Shown here one piece after another: positions 1 to 7,865 of a stretch of 64,000 bases of DNA. Source of the DNA: Nocardiopsis listeri (GTDB lineage Bacteria > Actinomycetota > Actinomycetes > Streptosporangiales > Streptosporangiaceae). The notes under the pieces are model-generated. The model had not been told where the DNA came from, ran no database searches, and saw nothing but the letters and a program-made list of their open reading frames with translations. Each line of letters starts with the position of its first letter. Position 1 is the first letter of the stretch. The stretch spans positions 78-64,077 of the forward strand of contig NZ_DYZD01000060.1 in the NCBI RefSeq assembly GCF_020741345.1, in the 5' to 3' direction. The translations under genes and the position numbers were made by a program.

Positions 1-431
1 CGTTTCGCAAGACGGCCCTGGCCGAGGACGAGCTGATCACCGCGATCCTGCTCCCCCACGCCACCGGGCCGCAGCAGTTCTCCAAGATCGGTACCCGCAA
101 CGCCATGGTCATCGCCGTGACCTCCTTCTCCCTGGCATTGGACACCGACAACCGGAAGGTGGGCACGGGGGTGGGCTCGGCCGGGCCGACTCCGCTGCGC
201 GCCGAGGCCGCAGAGGAGTTCTTGGAGGCCGAGTTCGACTGGGAGGACGGTCGTCCCCTGGCCGAGTCCGTGGTGCGTCGCTTCGGCGATCTGGTGGCCG
301 CGGCCGCCCGTCCCATCGACGACCAGCGCGGCAGCGCCGACTACCGCAAGCACGCCCTGTCGGTCATGGCTCGCCGTGCCCTGAGCTGGTCCGTCACCGA
401 CTACCGGAAGGAGTCCTCACGATGCGCGTGA
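1..431 (+). CDS. Xanthine dehydrogenase FAD-binding subunit, C-terminal part (5' truncated by window edge)
   Basis: Frame from position 3 is open: FRKTALAEDELITAILLP...FSKIGTRNAMVIA...VGSAGPTPLRA...PIDDQRGSADYRKH (CO dehydrogenase flavoprotein C-terminal pattern). Stop overlaps the start of the 2Fe-2S subunit. Confidence 0.9.
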   Translation, partial: FRKTALAEDELITAILLPHATGPQQFSKIGTRNAMVIAVTSFSLALDTDNRKVGTGVGSAGPTPLRAEAAEEFLEAEFDWEDGRPLAESVVRRFGDLVAAAARPIDDQRGSADYRKHALSVMARRALSWSVTDYRKESSRCA

Positions 432-937
432 ATTTCAAGGTCAACGGTGAGGACGTCACCGCCGACAACGTCTGGCCGGGCGAGAGTCTGTTGTACGTAC
501 TGCGGGAGCGCCTGGGCCTACCCGGCAGCAAGAACGCCTGTGAGCAGGGTGAATGCGGGTCGTGCACGGTCTACTTCGACGGTGTGACCGCGTGTTCGTG
601 CATGATCGCCGCAGGGCAGGCCGAGGGCCGCGAGGTCGGCACCGTGGAGGGCCTGGCCAAGGAGCCGGGCAAGGGCGGTGACCGTACCCTGGGCGATGTT
701 CAGGAGGCGTTCGTGGAGGCGGGCGCCGTGCAGTGCGGCTTTTGCACCCCCGGCCTGCTGGTGCAGACCGACGACCTGCTGGAGCGCACGGTGGGCGCCG
801 GTAAGGACGCCCCGGCCGACGCCGAGATCCGTGAGGCCCTGGCCGGCAACCTGTGCCGTTGCACCGGGTACGAGAAGATCATCGACGCGGTGCACCTGGC
901 CGCCGAGCGCCGCGCCGAGGCCGGGAGCGCCTCATGA
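422..937 (+). CDS. Xanthine dehydrogenase (2Fe-2S)-binding subunit
   Basis: Two Fe-S motifs: GSKNACEQGECGSCT...C and QCGFCTPG...NLCRCTGY. Confidence 0.95.
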   Translation: MRVNFKVNGEDVTADNVWPGESLLYVLRERLGLPGSKNACEQGECGSCTVYFDGVTACSCMIAAGQAEGREVGTVEGLAKEPGKGGDRTLGDVQEAFVEAGAVQCGFCTPGLLVQTDDLLERTVGAGKDAPADAEIREALAGNLCRCTGYEKIIDAVHLAAERRAEAGSAS

Positions 938-2292
938 GCAAGGTCATCGTGATCGAGGGCGCCCACGTGGTGACGGTGGACGGCCCCGAGTACGCCGACG
1001 GTCACGTCGTGGTGCGCGACGGGCGTATCGCCGCGGTGGGCGCGGGCCCCGCCCCCACCGTGGAGGGTGACTTCGAGCGGATCGACGGCCGAGGATGCCT
1101 GGTCACCCCCGGTCTGGTCAACACGCACAACCACCTCTACCAGTGGGCGACGCAGGGCCTGTTCGCCGACGGCACCCTCTTCGAGTGGTTGGTGGGTTCC
1201 TACGAGATCTGGCACCGTCTGGACGCCGAGGTGGTGTCGGGGACGACGTCGGCCGGGCTGGCGCACCTGGCGCTGTCGGGCTGCACGACCGCATCGGACC
1301 ACCACTACATCTACCCGGCCGGGCGCGGCGACATCGTGGCCGCCGAGGTCGAGGCCGCCCGTGAGGTGGGCATTCGTCTGGACCTGGCGCGCGGTTCGAT
1401 GGATCGCGGCCACAGCCAGGGCGGTCTTCCCCCGGACAGTGTCGTGGAGTCCCTGGAGGGGGCCCTGTCGGGTACCGCCGCGGCGATCGACACCCACCAT
1501 GACGCCTCCTTCGACTCCATGACCCGGATCGCGGTGGCCCCCTGCTCCCCGTTCTCGGTCTCTCGGGAGTTGATGGTCGACGCCGCGACGTTGGCCCGCC
1601 ACAAGGGGGTGCGGCTGCACACCCACCTGGCCGAGACCCTCGACGAGGAGGAGAAGTGCCTGGCCGAGTTCGGGTGCACCCCCGTGGAGTACGCCGAGAA
1701 GCTGGGCTGGCTGGGCGATGACGTGTGGTTCGCGCACGCGGTGCACCTGTCGGACTCCGCGATCGGTCGGATCGCGGCCACCGGTACCGGTGTGGCACAC
1801 TGCCCCACCTCCAACGCCCGCCTGGGCGCGGGCATCTGCCGGGTGACCGAACTGCTCGAGGCCGGCGCCAAGGTCGGTCTGGGCGTGGACGGCCCGGCCT
1901 CCAGCGAGCTGACCTCGATGGCCGGCGAGATGCACCAGGCTTTGTTGATGGCGCGGGCGCGCAAGGGCCCGCAGGCTCTCACCGCCCGACAGTCCCTGGA
2001 GATGGCCACGCTGGGTGGCGCCCGGGTGTTGGGCCGCGACCGCGAACTGGGGTCGTTGTCGGTGGGCAAGCTCGCCGACCTGGCCCTGTGGCGGGTGGAC
2101 GGGTTCGGCCACGACGTCATCGACGACCCGGTGGTGGCGATGGTGTTCGGCCCCACGCCGCCCCTGGAGCGCCTGCTCGTCGGCGGTGACACCGTCGTCG
2201 ACCACGGCGAAATGCGCACTTTGTCGGCCCAGACCGCCGCCGCGCGCGGCCGCGCCGCACACCGGAGTCTGACCCAGGAGGTGAGCCGCTGA
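934..2292 (+). CDS. 8-oxoguanine deaminase-like amidohydrolase (452 aa)
   Basis: Start at ATGA overlap (MSKVIVIEG). Metal-binding motifs NTHNHLYQW, LHTHLAET, AHAVH, GVDG. Lies inside the XDH operon. Confidence 0.85.
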   Translation: MSKVIVIEGAHVVTVDGPEYADGHVVVRDGRIAAVGAGPAPTVEGDFERIDGRGCLVTPGLVNTHNHLYQWATQGLFADGTLFEWLVGSYEIWHRLDAEVVSGTTSAGLAHLALSGCTTASDHHYIYPAGRGDIVAAEVEAAREVGIRLDLARGSMDRGHSQGGLPPDSVVESLEGALSGTAAAIDTHHDASFDSMTRIAVAPCSPFSVSRELMVDAATLARHKGVRLHTHLAETLDEEEKCLAEFGCTPVEYAEKLGWLGDDVWFAHAVHLSDSAIGRIAATGTGVAHCPTSNARLGAGICRVTELLEAGAKVGLGVDGPASSELTSMAGEMHQALLMARARKGPQALTARQSLEMATLGGARVLGRDRELGSLSVGKLADLALWRVDGFGHDVIDDPVVAMVFGPTPPLERLLVGGDTVVDHGEMRTLSAQTAAARGRAAHRSLTQEVSR

Positions 2293-4724
2293 TGGCGGCG
2301 ACGACCCGTACCGTCACGGACCTTTCCAGCACGACCAAGGACGGCGTGGGCGCCAGCCCGCGCCGCCCGGACGGCACGCTGAAGGTGACCGGCGAATTCG
2401 CCTACTCGTCGGACATGTGGATGGAGGACATGTTGTGGGGCGCCACCCTGCGCAGCCCCCACCCGCACGCGAGGATCCTCGGCATCGACATCACCGAGGC
2501 GCTCAAGGTGCCCGGTGTGCAGGCGGTGCTGACCCACGAGGACGTCCCCGGCGCCAAGCGCTACGGCCTGGAACACCAGGACCAGCCGGTGCTGGCCTTC
2601 GACAAGGTGCGATACAAGGGCGAGTCGGTGGCGATCGTAGCCGCCGATCATCCCGAGACCGCCCGGCGGGCGATGGAGCGCATCAAGGTCGAGTACGAGG
2701 TGCTGGCCCCGGTGAGCGACTCCCGGCGCGCGGCCCTGGATCCCGACTATCCGCTGGTGCACGACAAGGGTGAGCTGCCCGAGCACCCCGAGATCAACCA
2801 GAGCGGCAACCGGCTGCGCTACCAGCCCATCCGCACCGGTTCGTTCGTGGACGTGGCCGGCTCCAAGGAGGGTCAGGAGAAGACCCTGGAGCGGCTGCGC
2901 GCCGAGGCCGACGCCGTGGTGGCCACCGAGTACGAGGTGGGCATGCAGGACCAGGCGTTCCTGGGTCCGGAGTCGGGCCTGGCGGTCCCGGCCGAGGACG
3001 GCGGGGTGGACCTGTACGTGGCCACCCAGTGGCTGCACGTGGACCAGCGTCAGATCGCGCCGGCCCTGGGACTGTCCCAGGACAAGGTGCGGTTGACCCT
3101 GGCGGGCGTGGGCGGCGCGTTCGGAGCCCGTGAGGACCTGTCGATGCAGATCCACGCGTGCATGCTGGCGCTGCACACCGGCAAGCCGGTCAAGTTCGTC
3201 TACAACCGGGAGGAGTCCTTCTACGGACACGTGCACCGCCACCCGGCCAAGATGCGTTACGAGCACGGCGCCAAGGCGGACGGCACCCTGTTGTACGCCA
3301 CCTTGGAGATCATCGTGGACGGCGGCGCGTACGCGTCGGCCACCCCCGCGGTGGTGGGTGTGGCCTCCTCCCTGGGCATCGGCCCCTATGAGGTGCCGAA
3401 CGTGCTGGTGGACGCCTACGGGGTCTACACCACGAACCCGCCGTGCGGGGCGATGCGCGGCTTCGGCGCGGTGCAGGCCTGCTTCGGCTACGAGTCGCAG
3501 ATGGACAAGCTCGCGGAGAAGCTGGGCATGCACCCGGTGGACCTTCGGCTCAAGAACGCCATGTCGCAGGGCTCCCGGATCATCACCGGCCAGGAGATCG
3601 ACATGCCTCTGCCCATGGCGGAGATGTTGGAGCGATGCCGTGACCTGCCGATGCCGGTGGAGCGCACCGAGCTGGATGATCCCACCGACCAGCGCACCCT
3701 GCCCGGCGGCGTGGCCGGAACCACCCGCGGCGAGGGGGTGGTGCGCGGCGTGGGCTACGGGGTGGGTCTCAAGAACCTGTGCTTCTCCGAGGGCTTCGAC
3801 GACTACTCCACCGCCCGTGTCCGCTTGGAGGTGGTCAACGGCGAACCGGTGGTGCTGGTGCACACGGCGGCCGCGGAGGTCGGCCAGGGGCTGGTGACCG
3901 TCAAGGGCCAGATCGCCCGCACCGAACTGGGTGTGGAGAAGGTCGTCATCGCACCCTCCGACACCCAGGTGGGATCGGCCGGTTCCTCGTCGGCCTCGCG
4001 TCAGTCGTACATGACCGGAGGCGCGGTGCGCACGGCGTGCGCGTCGGTGCGCGCAGAGGTGTTCGAACTGGCCCGGAGCAAGGGTCTGGTGCCGGCCGGG
4101 GCCGAGGACACCGAGTTGGCGTTGGACGGCGGCAAGATCGTCTCCGCCACCGACGGTGTGCTGGTGTCGCTGGCCGACCTCCTCGGAGAGTCCGCCCAGG
4201 GCGGCAAGGTCGTGGAGCACACCCGCGAGTACCACCACCGGCCCACCGAGATGATCGACCCGGAGCTGGGGCAGGGCGACTCGCACAACCAGTTCGGCAT
4301 GTGCGTGCACCGCGCCGTGGTGGACGTCGACGTGGAGCTGGGTCTGGTGAAGGTCGTGGCCCTGGACGCGGTCCAGGACGTGGGCAAGATCCTGCACCCA
4401 CAGCAGCTGGCCGGTCAGATCCAGGGTGGCTCCGCCCAGGGTCTGGGGTTGGCGCTGATGGAGGAGATCCAGGTCAAGGACAGCGAGATCCGCAACCCGT
4501 CCTTCACCGACTACCTCATCCCGACCATCCTCGACACCCCGCCGATGCGCATCGACGTGCTGGAGCGCCCCGACCCGCACGCTCCGTACGGGCTGCGGGG
4601 TGCGGGCGAGCCGCCGACGCTGTCGTCCACCCCGGCGATCGTCGCCGCGGTGCGCGACGCGACCAGGCGTCCGCTCACCCACGCGCCGGTGCGTCCGGAG
4701 GACATCGTCGGCATCGACCTGTAG
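2292..4724 (+). CDS. pucD: Xanthine dehydrogenase molybdopterin-binding subunit
   Basis: KVTGEFAYSSD, LRSPHPHARI, GVGGAFG, AMRGFG, QIQGGSAQGLG, GLRGAGE (catalytic Glu) motifs; 810 aa. Confidence 0.93.
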   Translation: MAATTRTVTDLSSTTKDGVGASPRRPDGTLKVTGEFAYSSDMWMEDMLWGATLRSPHPHARILGIDITEALKVPGVQAVLTHEDVPGAKRYGLEHQDQPVLAFDKVRYKGESVAIVAADHPETARRAMERIKVEYEVLAPVSDSRRAALDPDYPLVHDKGELPEHPEINQSGNRLRYQPIRTGSFVDVAGSKEGQEKTLERLRAEADAVVATEYEVGMQDQAFLGPESGLAVPAEDGGVDLYVATQWLHVDQRQIAPALGLSQDKVRLTLAGVGGAFGAREDLSMQIHACMLALHTGKPVKFVYNREESFYGHVHRHPAKMRYEHGAKADGTLLYATLEIIVDGGAYASATPAVVGVASSLGIGPYEVPNVLVDAYGVYTTNPPCGAMRGFGAVQACFGYESQMDKLAEKLGMHPVDLRLKNAMSQGSRIITGQEIDMPLPMAEMLERCRDLPMPVERTELDDPTDQRTLPGGVAGTTRGEGVVRGVGYGVGLKNLCFSEGFDDYSTARVRLEVVNGEPVVLVHTAAAEVGQGLVTVKGQIARTELGVEKVVIAPSDTQVGSAGSSSASRQSYMTGGAVRTACASVRAEVFELARSKGLVPAGAEDTELALDGGKIVSATDGVLVSLADLLGESAQGGKVVEHTREYHHRPTEMIDPELGQGDSHNQFGMCVHRAVVDVDVELGLVKVVALDAVQDVGKILHPQQLAGQIQGGSAQGLGLALMEEIQVKDSEIRNPSFTDYLIPTILDTPPMRIDVLERPDPHAPYGLRGAGEPPTLSSTPAIVAAVRDATRRPLTHAPVRPEDIVGIDL

Positions 4725-4949
4725 GTCGCCCGGAGTGCCGTGAGGCATCCATCGAATCGGGAGGGGCGGCGTCCCCGTCGCCCCTCCCCTCCAAGACCCG
4801 CCCGCCCCGGACTCGGCCGACGCCCTCGGTCCCGGGGTGGGCGGCCGGAGGGACAACGCCGTCCCACCGTGCCCGAATACGACTACACAGAGTAGTCAAC
4901 CCCCCTTAAAACACGGCTAGTCCGTGCTCATATCCCTCCAGGAGGGGAC

Positions 4950-6392
4950 ATGACCCGACTCGACGACTCCGGAGCGCGTTCCGCAGAGCGCTCCGCAACG
5001 GATCGATCCTGGCTCGACCGCTTCTTCCTCGTCAGCGAACGGGGGTCGACCTTCGGTCAGGAGGTCCGCGGAGGACTGACGACGTTCATGGCGATGGCCT
5101 ACATCATCGTCCTGAACCCGCTCATCCTCAGCGGCGTCACCGACGTGAACGGTGACCAGCTCTCGGCCGGCCAGCTGACCACCATGACCGCCCTGGCAGC
5201 CGGGCTGGTCACCATCATGATGGGCGTGGTGGGCCGCGCCCCCATCGCCTGCGCCGCGGCCCTCGGCGTGATGGCGGTGGTCGCCTACCAGGCGGCGCCC
5301 GTGATGGCCTGGCCTGAGGTGATGGGCCTGGTCGTGTGGCAGGGCATCGCCATCATCCTCATGGTCCTCACCGGGGTGCGCACCGCGGTGATGAACGCGC
5401 TGCCGCACAACCTCAAGCTCGCCATCGGCGTGGGTATCGGCCTGTTCGTGTCCCTGATCGGTCTGGCCAACGTCGGCTTCGTCAGTGCCGGTGACGGCGA
5501 CAGCCTCCTGCAGATCGGCGCCGCGGGCGGCGGTGGATACCTGAACGGATGGCCGATCCTGGTGTTCGTGGCCGGTCTGATCCTGGCCTCGGTGCTGCTG
5601 GCCCGCCGGGTCCCCGGTGCGATCTTCTACGGGATCATCGGCGCCACCGTCCTCGCGGTGGTCCTGCACCACGTGCTGGGCCTGGACCCCGAGTCCTGGG
5701 GCGGCGGCGTGCCCGAAGCGCCCGCCGGCCCGTTCGCGGCGCCCGACTTCGGGTTGCTGTTCCAGGTGGACCTGTTCGGCGCCTGGAGCACGGCCGGGCC
5801 GACCACCGCCGGGGTCATCCTGTTCACCCTGGTGTTGGCCGGGTTCTTCGACGCCCTGGGCACCATCCTCGCCATCGGCACCAAGGCCAACATCGCCGAC
5901 GAGAACGGGCAGATGCCGCGGGTCAACCAGATCCTCATCACCGACGGCGCCGGCGCTGTGGCCGGTGGCCTGACCAGTTCCTCGGCGACGTTGGTGTTCG
6001 TGGAGTCCACCGTGGGGGTGAGCGAGGGGGCGCGCACCGGTCTGGCCAGCATCGTCACCGGGCTGTTCTTCCTCAGCGCGATCTTCTTCGCCCCGGTCTT
6101 CGGCATGGTGCCGGCCGAGGCGGCCTCGGTGGCGATGGTGCTGGTGGGCGCCATGATGATGATGCACGTGGGGCAGATCGCCTGGAACGACTTCTCGGTG
6201 GCCATCCCCGCGTTCCTGACGATCGTGATGATGCCGTTCGCCTACGACATCGCCAGCGGGATCGGGATCGGGATCATCGCGTACACGGTGATCAAGTCCG
6301 GTCAGGGTCGCTTCCGCGAGGTCGGTTGGCTGATGTGGATCCTGACCGCGGTGTTCTCCTTCCACTTCGCCATGCACGCGATGGGCCTGTAG
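4950..6392 (+). CDS. NCS2/AzgA-family purine permease
   Basis: EVRGGLTTFMAMAYIIVLNP, FFDALGT, ESTVGVSEGARTGL motifs; many hydrophobic segments; RBS GGAGGGG. Confidence 0.92.
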   Translation: MTRLDDSGARSAERSATDRSWLDRFFLVSERGSTFGQEVRGGLTTFMAMAYIIVLNPLILSGVTDVNGDQLSAGQLTTMTALAAGLVTIMMGVVGRAPIACAAALGVMAVVAYQAAPVMAWPEVMGLVVWQGIAIILMVLTGVRTAVMNALPHNLKLAIGVGIGLFVSLIGLANVGFVSAGDGDSLLQIGAAGGGGYLNGWPILVFVAGLILASVLLARRVPGAIFYGIIGATVLAVVLHHVLGLDPESWGGGVPEAPAGPFAAPDFGLLFQVDLFGAWSTAGPTTAGVILFTLVLAGFFDALGTILAIGTKANIADENGQMPRVNQILITDGAGAVAGGLTSSSATLVFVESTVGVSEGARTGLASIVTGLFFLSAIFFAPVFGMVPAEAASVAMVLVGAMMMMHVGQIAWNDFSVAIPAFLTIVMMPFAYDIASGIGIGIIAYTVIKSGQGRFREVGWLMWILTAVFSFHFAMHAMGL

Positions 6393-6407
6393 GGAGCTCC
6401 GCTCGTC

Positions 6408-6436
6408 CGTGGCCGGGGCTTCGCGCCCCGGCCACG
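6408..6436. terminator. Hairpin between convergent genes (probable bidirectional terminator)
   Basis: 12-bp perfect stem CGTGGCCGGGGC/GCCCCGGCCACG with 5-nt loop. Confidence 0.7.
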
Positions 6437-6462
6437 AGTGTGTTCGGAGGTGGGCCGCGGGC

Positions 6463-7668
6463 TCAGGGGGCGGCCGTGGCCAGGCAGCGGTCCAAAGCGC
6501 CGCGCAGGGCCACGTCGCGCGGGTCGTTCCAGATCCGCAGACCCATCCGGTTGGGAACGTAGCCGTAGCCGGTGCCGGTGGCCGGGTCGGCGAAGCCGAA
6601 GGAGCCGCCGGCCCCCGGGCTGCCGTAGGCGCGGTGGTCGGTGCCGAACCGCCATTCGGGGAAGGGTTTCCACAGCCCTGACGAGTATCGGGTGCGGACC
6701 TTGAGGTTGATGTCGCGTTCCCCCCCGGAGGGCGGTGCGGGCTGTTCCTCCAGGGCCCGCAGGCTTTCGTCGCGCACGCCCAGTATCGGCGCGCCCTGTG
6801 CGAACTCGCCGTAGAGCGCGGCCAGCGAGCGGGCGGTGGCGAAGCCGTTGCCGTGCGGCAGTTCCACCGAACGGTAGGCGGGGCCGGCGAGTTGGTCGGC
6901 GGTGCGCAGCGGTGGGTTGGCGAAGGTGCGCGCGGCGATGCTCCAGGGCAGGCAGCGCGCGAGTACGTGGCCGAGGGGGACGGCGGTGGGGTCGGCGACC
7001 AGGTCGCGCCAGGACCCTCCGGTCAGGCGGGCCAACCGTTCCTCGCCGATCCGCGCGGGAAGTCCCACGTACAGGTCCAGGCCCAGGGGGCCCGCGAGTT
7101 CCTCCGCCAGGTACGCGCCGACGGTGCGCCCGTCCACCCGGCGTAGCAGCTCGTTGACGTAGAGGCCGATGGTGACGCTGTGGTAGCCGTGTCGCGTGCC
7201 GGGCCTCCAGGCGGGTGCCTGGTCGGCCAGGGCCCGGGCGAGCCGGTCGTGGTCGGCCAGCAGGTCGGGGGTGAGTTCGGTGTCCAGGTAGGGCAGACCT
7301 GCCCGGTGGGAGAGCAGTTCGCCGACGGTGACGTGTCCCTTGCCGTGACGGGCGAAATCGGGCCAGTAGTGGGCCATCGGTCGGTCGTACTCGAACAGGC
7401 CCCGTGAGTGGGCGTGCGCCAGGACCAGGGAGGTCACGCCCTTGGTGGCCGAGAAGACGAGGGTGAGGGTGTCGGACTCCCAGGGGGCCCCGGTCTCGGG
7501 GTCGCGCGTTCCCGCCCACAGGTCGACCACCGGGCGGCCGGCGTGGTGGACGGCCACGGCGGCGCCGGTCTCCTCGTGTTCGGCGAAGTTGTTCCGGAAG
7601 GCCTCGCGGACCGGCTCGAAACCGGACTCGACCCAGCCGTGGATACGAGGGGGCGGGGTGAGGTGCAT
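6463..7668 (-). CDS. Serine hydrolase, beta-lactamase/EstB family (401 aa)
   Basis: Likely start MHLTPPPRIHG. SxxK motif FSATKG, LLSHRAGL, HGYH, GAGGSFGFADP. Confidence 0.88.
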   Translation of the reverse strand: MHLTPPPRIHGWVESGFEPVREAFRNNFAEHEETGAAVAVHHAGRPVVDLWAGTRDPETGAPWESDTLTLVFSATKGVTSLVLAHAHSRGLFEYDRPMAHYWPDFARHGKGHVTVGELLSHRAGLPYLDTELTPDLLADHDRLARALADQAPAWRPGTRHGYHSVTIGLYVNELLRRVDGRTVGAYLAEELAGPLGLDLYVGLPARIGEERLARLTGGSWRDLVADPTAVPLGHVLARCLPWSIAARTFANPPLRTADQLAGPAYRSVELPHGNGFATARSLAALYGEFAQGAPILGVRDESLRALEEQPAPPSGGERDINLKVRTRYSSGLWKPFPEWRFGTDHRAYGSPGAGGSFGFADPATGTGYGYVPNRMGLRIWNDPRDVALRGALDRCLATAAP

Positions 7669-7798
7669 GAAGGGTTTCCTCGAGAGGGGGATGACGTGTA
7701 CTTTCGTCGCCCGCCACAGTATGCGAAGCCCGAGCCGGCTACACGGTCGAACCGAGCACCGGGACGGGCTCGGGCCGGCGTTTCGGACGGAAAAGCCT

Positions 7799-7841
7799 TT
7801 GACAGTGGAGGAAACCGCCACCTAAGTTGACAGTGACAACT
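7799..7841 (+). promoter_or_regulatory. Housekeeping-type promoter (TTGACA-N18-TAAGTT) with overlapping palindromic operator
   Basis: TTGACA 7799-7804, TAAGTT 7823-7828. Inverted repeat AGTTGACA-G-TGACAACT at 7825-7841 lies 25 bp before the ATG. Confidence 0.6.
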
Positions 7842-7865
7842 TTCGTCTGCCCGGGAAGTCGCCCC

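Noticed and set aside
1311-4856. 1181-aa minus-strand ORF, and similar long ORFs (8727-11309, 29381-31348, 42874-45843, 53496-55580)
   Set aside because: Antisense or off-frame shadows of well-supported genes. Rich in R/G/P/A/H/V with no family motifs, as expected in high-GC DNA.
4725-4949. Purine or xanthine riboswitch upstream of the NCS2 permease
   Set aside because: No purine-riboswitch three-way junction core recognisable; only GC-rich hairpins.
7669-7821. 51-aa N-terminal extension of the serine hydrolase ORF
   Set aside because: Runs through the divergent promoter region and has no family similarity; Met at 7668 is the more plausible start.
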